Below, one piece after another: positions 63,568-64,000 of a stretch of 64,000 nucleotides of DNA. The DNA lies in assembly GCA_019420525.1 (NCBI GenBank), contig JAHZHA010000027.1:38050-102049 (forward strand). The letters run 5' to 3'. Origin of the DNA: Bacillota bacterium (GTDB lineage Bacteria; Bacillota; Clostridia; Peptostreptococcales; Anaerovoracaceae). Position numbers and translations under genes: made by a program. The first letter of the stretch is position 1, and each line of letters begins with the position of its first letter. The notes beneath the pieces were generated by a model, which saw only the letters and a program-made list of their open reading frames with translations, ran no database searches and was not told the DNA's origin.

Positions 63568-63621
63568 CACAAAAGACGTAGAAACGCAGAGAATCATAAA
63601 ATAGAAAAAGAAAAATATAAT

Positions 63622-63665
63622 ACAAAAAACAGCTGAGAGATCCGGGAGAAACTCCCGGATCTCTC
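63622..63665 (-). terminator. Intrinsic terminator after the edge gene
   Basis: Perfect 14-bp stem GAGAGATCCGGGAG-AAA-CTCCCGGATCTCTC, followed on the minus strand by TTTTTTGTATTATATTTTT. Confidence 0.65.
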
Positions 63666-63678
63666 AGCATCTGGGGAA

Positions 63679-64000
63679 TCAGTACCCCAGTTCTTGCATC
63701 ACTTTCTTTATCTCTTCCCGGCCCGCCTCCGGCGACGATCCGGTCACCACGGTATTCCCGATGCGGGACACCGCCCGGTATTCTCCGTCGGAGGTCCGGG
63801 CATACGTTTCGCCGTGCAGGCCGGAAGATGCCGTACTGCTGCCCGGCGTTCCGCTCTCCTGCTCCCAGGCGCTGCGGATTCCGGAAAAGAATTCTTCCGC
63901 GTCTTCTTCCGACGCAGCGCTGATATATTCCACCCGGCACGAGTCCCTGACCGCCTCATACGTCTCAGCGGCTCCGTCCGTTCCGTACTGCCCCGAAGTC
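63679..64000 (-). CDS. 3' end of a gene of unknown function (N-terminus beyond the window edge)
   Basis: The minus frame is open to the window edge with no stop. It ends ...GSSPEAGREEIKKVMQELGY. The GTG at 63933 reported by the ORF track is an internal codon. Confidence 0.4.
   Translation of the reverse strand, partial: TSGQYGTDGAAETYEAVRDSCRVEYISAASEEDAEEFFSGIRSAWEQESGTPGSSTASSGLHGETYARTSDGEYRAVSRIGNTVVTGSSPEAGREEIKKVMQELGY

Noticed and set aside
62953-63597. 214-aa minus-strand ORF overlapping the RtcB fragment
   Set aside because: The plus frame carries the recognisable RtcB C-terminal motif. The minus frame is an Arg/Gly-rich antisense artefact.
1-64000. CRISPR arrays, transposases, integrases, phage genes
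   Set aside because: No direct-repeat/spacer arrays, DDE transposase, tyrosine or serine recombinase motifs, or terminal inverted repeats were seen. The window looks chromosomal and non-mobile.

Overview
This 64 kb window is chromosomal DNA from a Firmicutes/Clostridia-type organism, with roughly 50-55% GC and GGAGG-type ribosome-binding sites. It splits into three parts, followed by the limits of what I could verify.

- **5' third (minus strand, 428-14743):** one long co-directional gene train. It begins with a hybrid histidine kinase, an Hpt phosphotransfer protein and a receiver/HD-GYP (c-di-GMP phosphodiesterase) regulator. These run straight into a VTC-domain / DUF4956-like membrane protein / CotH-kinase triad. 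The triad is followed by a clan-GH-A-like hydrolase, a HEAT-repeat membrane protein, a processive QxxRW family-2 glycosyltransferase (PgaC/IcaA-like) and a large ATP-binding LuxR-family regulator. Just upstream lies a decayed GGDEF-gene remnant. I rate this the most interesting, apparently undescribed system in the window.
- **Middle (19-36 kb):** accessory genes. These include a CDF metal exporter with a terminator-containing leader, and a tRNA-Ser. They also include an SLH-anchored giant surface protein preceded by a tiny collagen-like protein. The remaining genes are the AzlCD pair, an ABC importer without ATPase genes, an SPFH / zinc-ribbon / TPM module beside an ECF sigma/anti-sigma pair, ThpR and a fused AroD-AroK.
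- **3' third:** the conserved thrS-rpe-rsgA-prkC-stp...rsmB...fmt-def-priA housekeeping cluster, which carries lineage-specific insertions and lacks rlmN. After it come queH, a radical SAM gene, tdk and a PLP decarboxylase. These are followed by a 7-tRNA array (Pro-Met/Ile2-Phe-Val-Asp-Gly-Phe) and an orphan glycyl-radical enzyme with its activase, a LuxR regulator and a codon-atypical small ORF. The window ends with a truncated rtcB remnant.

- **Start-codon corrections:** many starts in the ORF track were over-extended; I corrected them using ribosome-binding-site and homology logic.
- **Antisense ORFs:** long ORFs lying antisense to conserved genes were rejected as spurious.
- **Method limits:** no database searches could be run, so all family names come from motif-level recognition.
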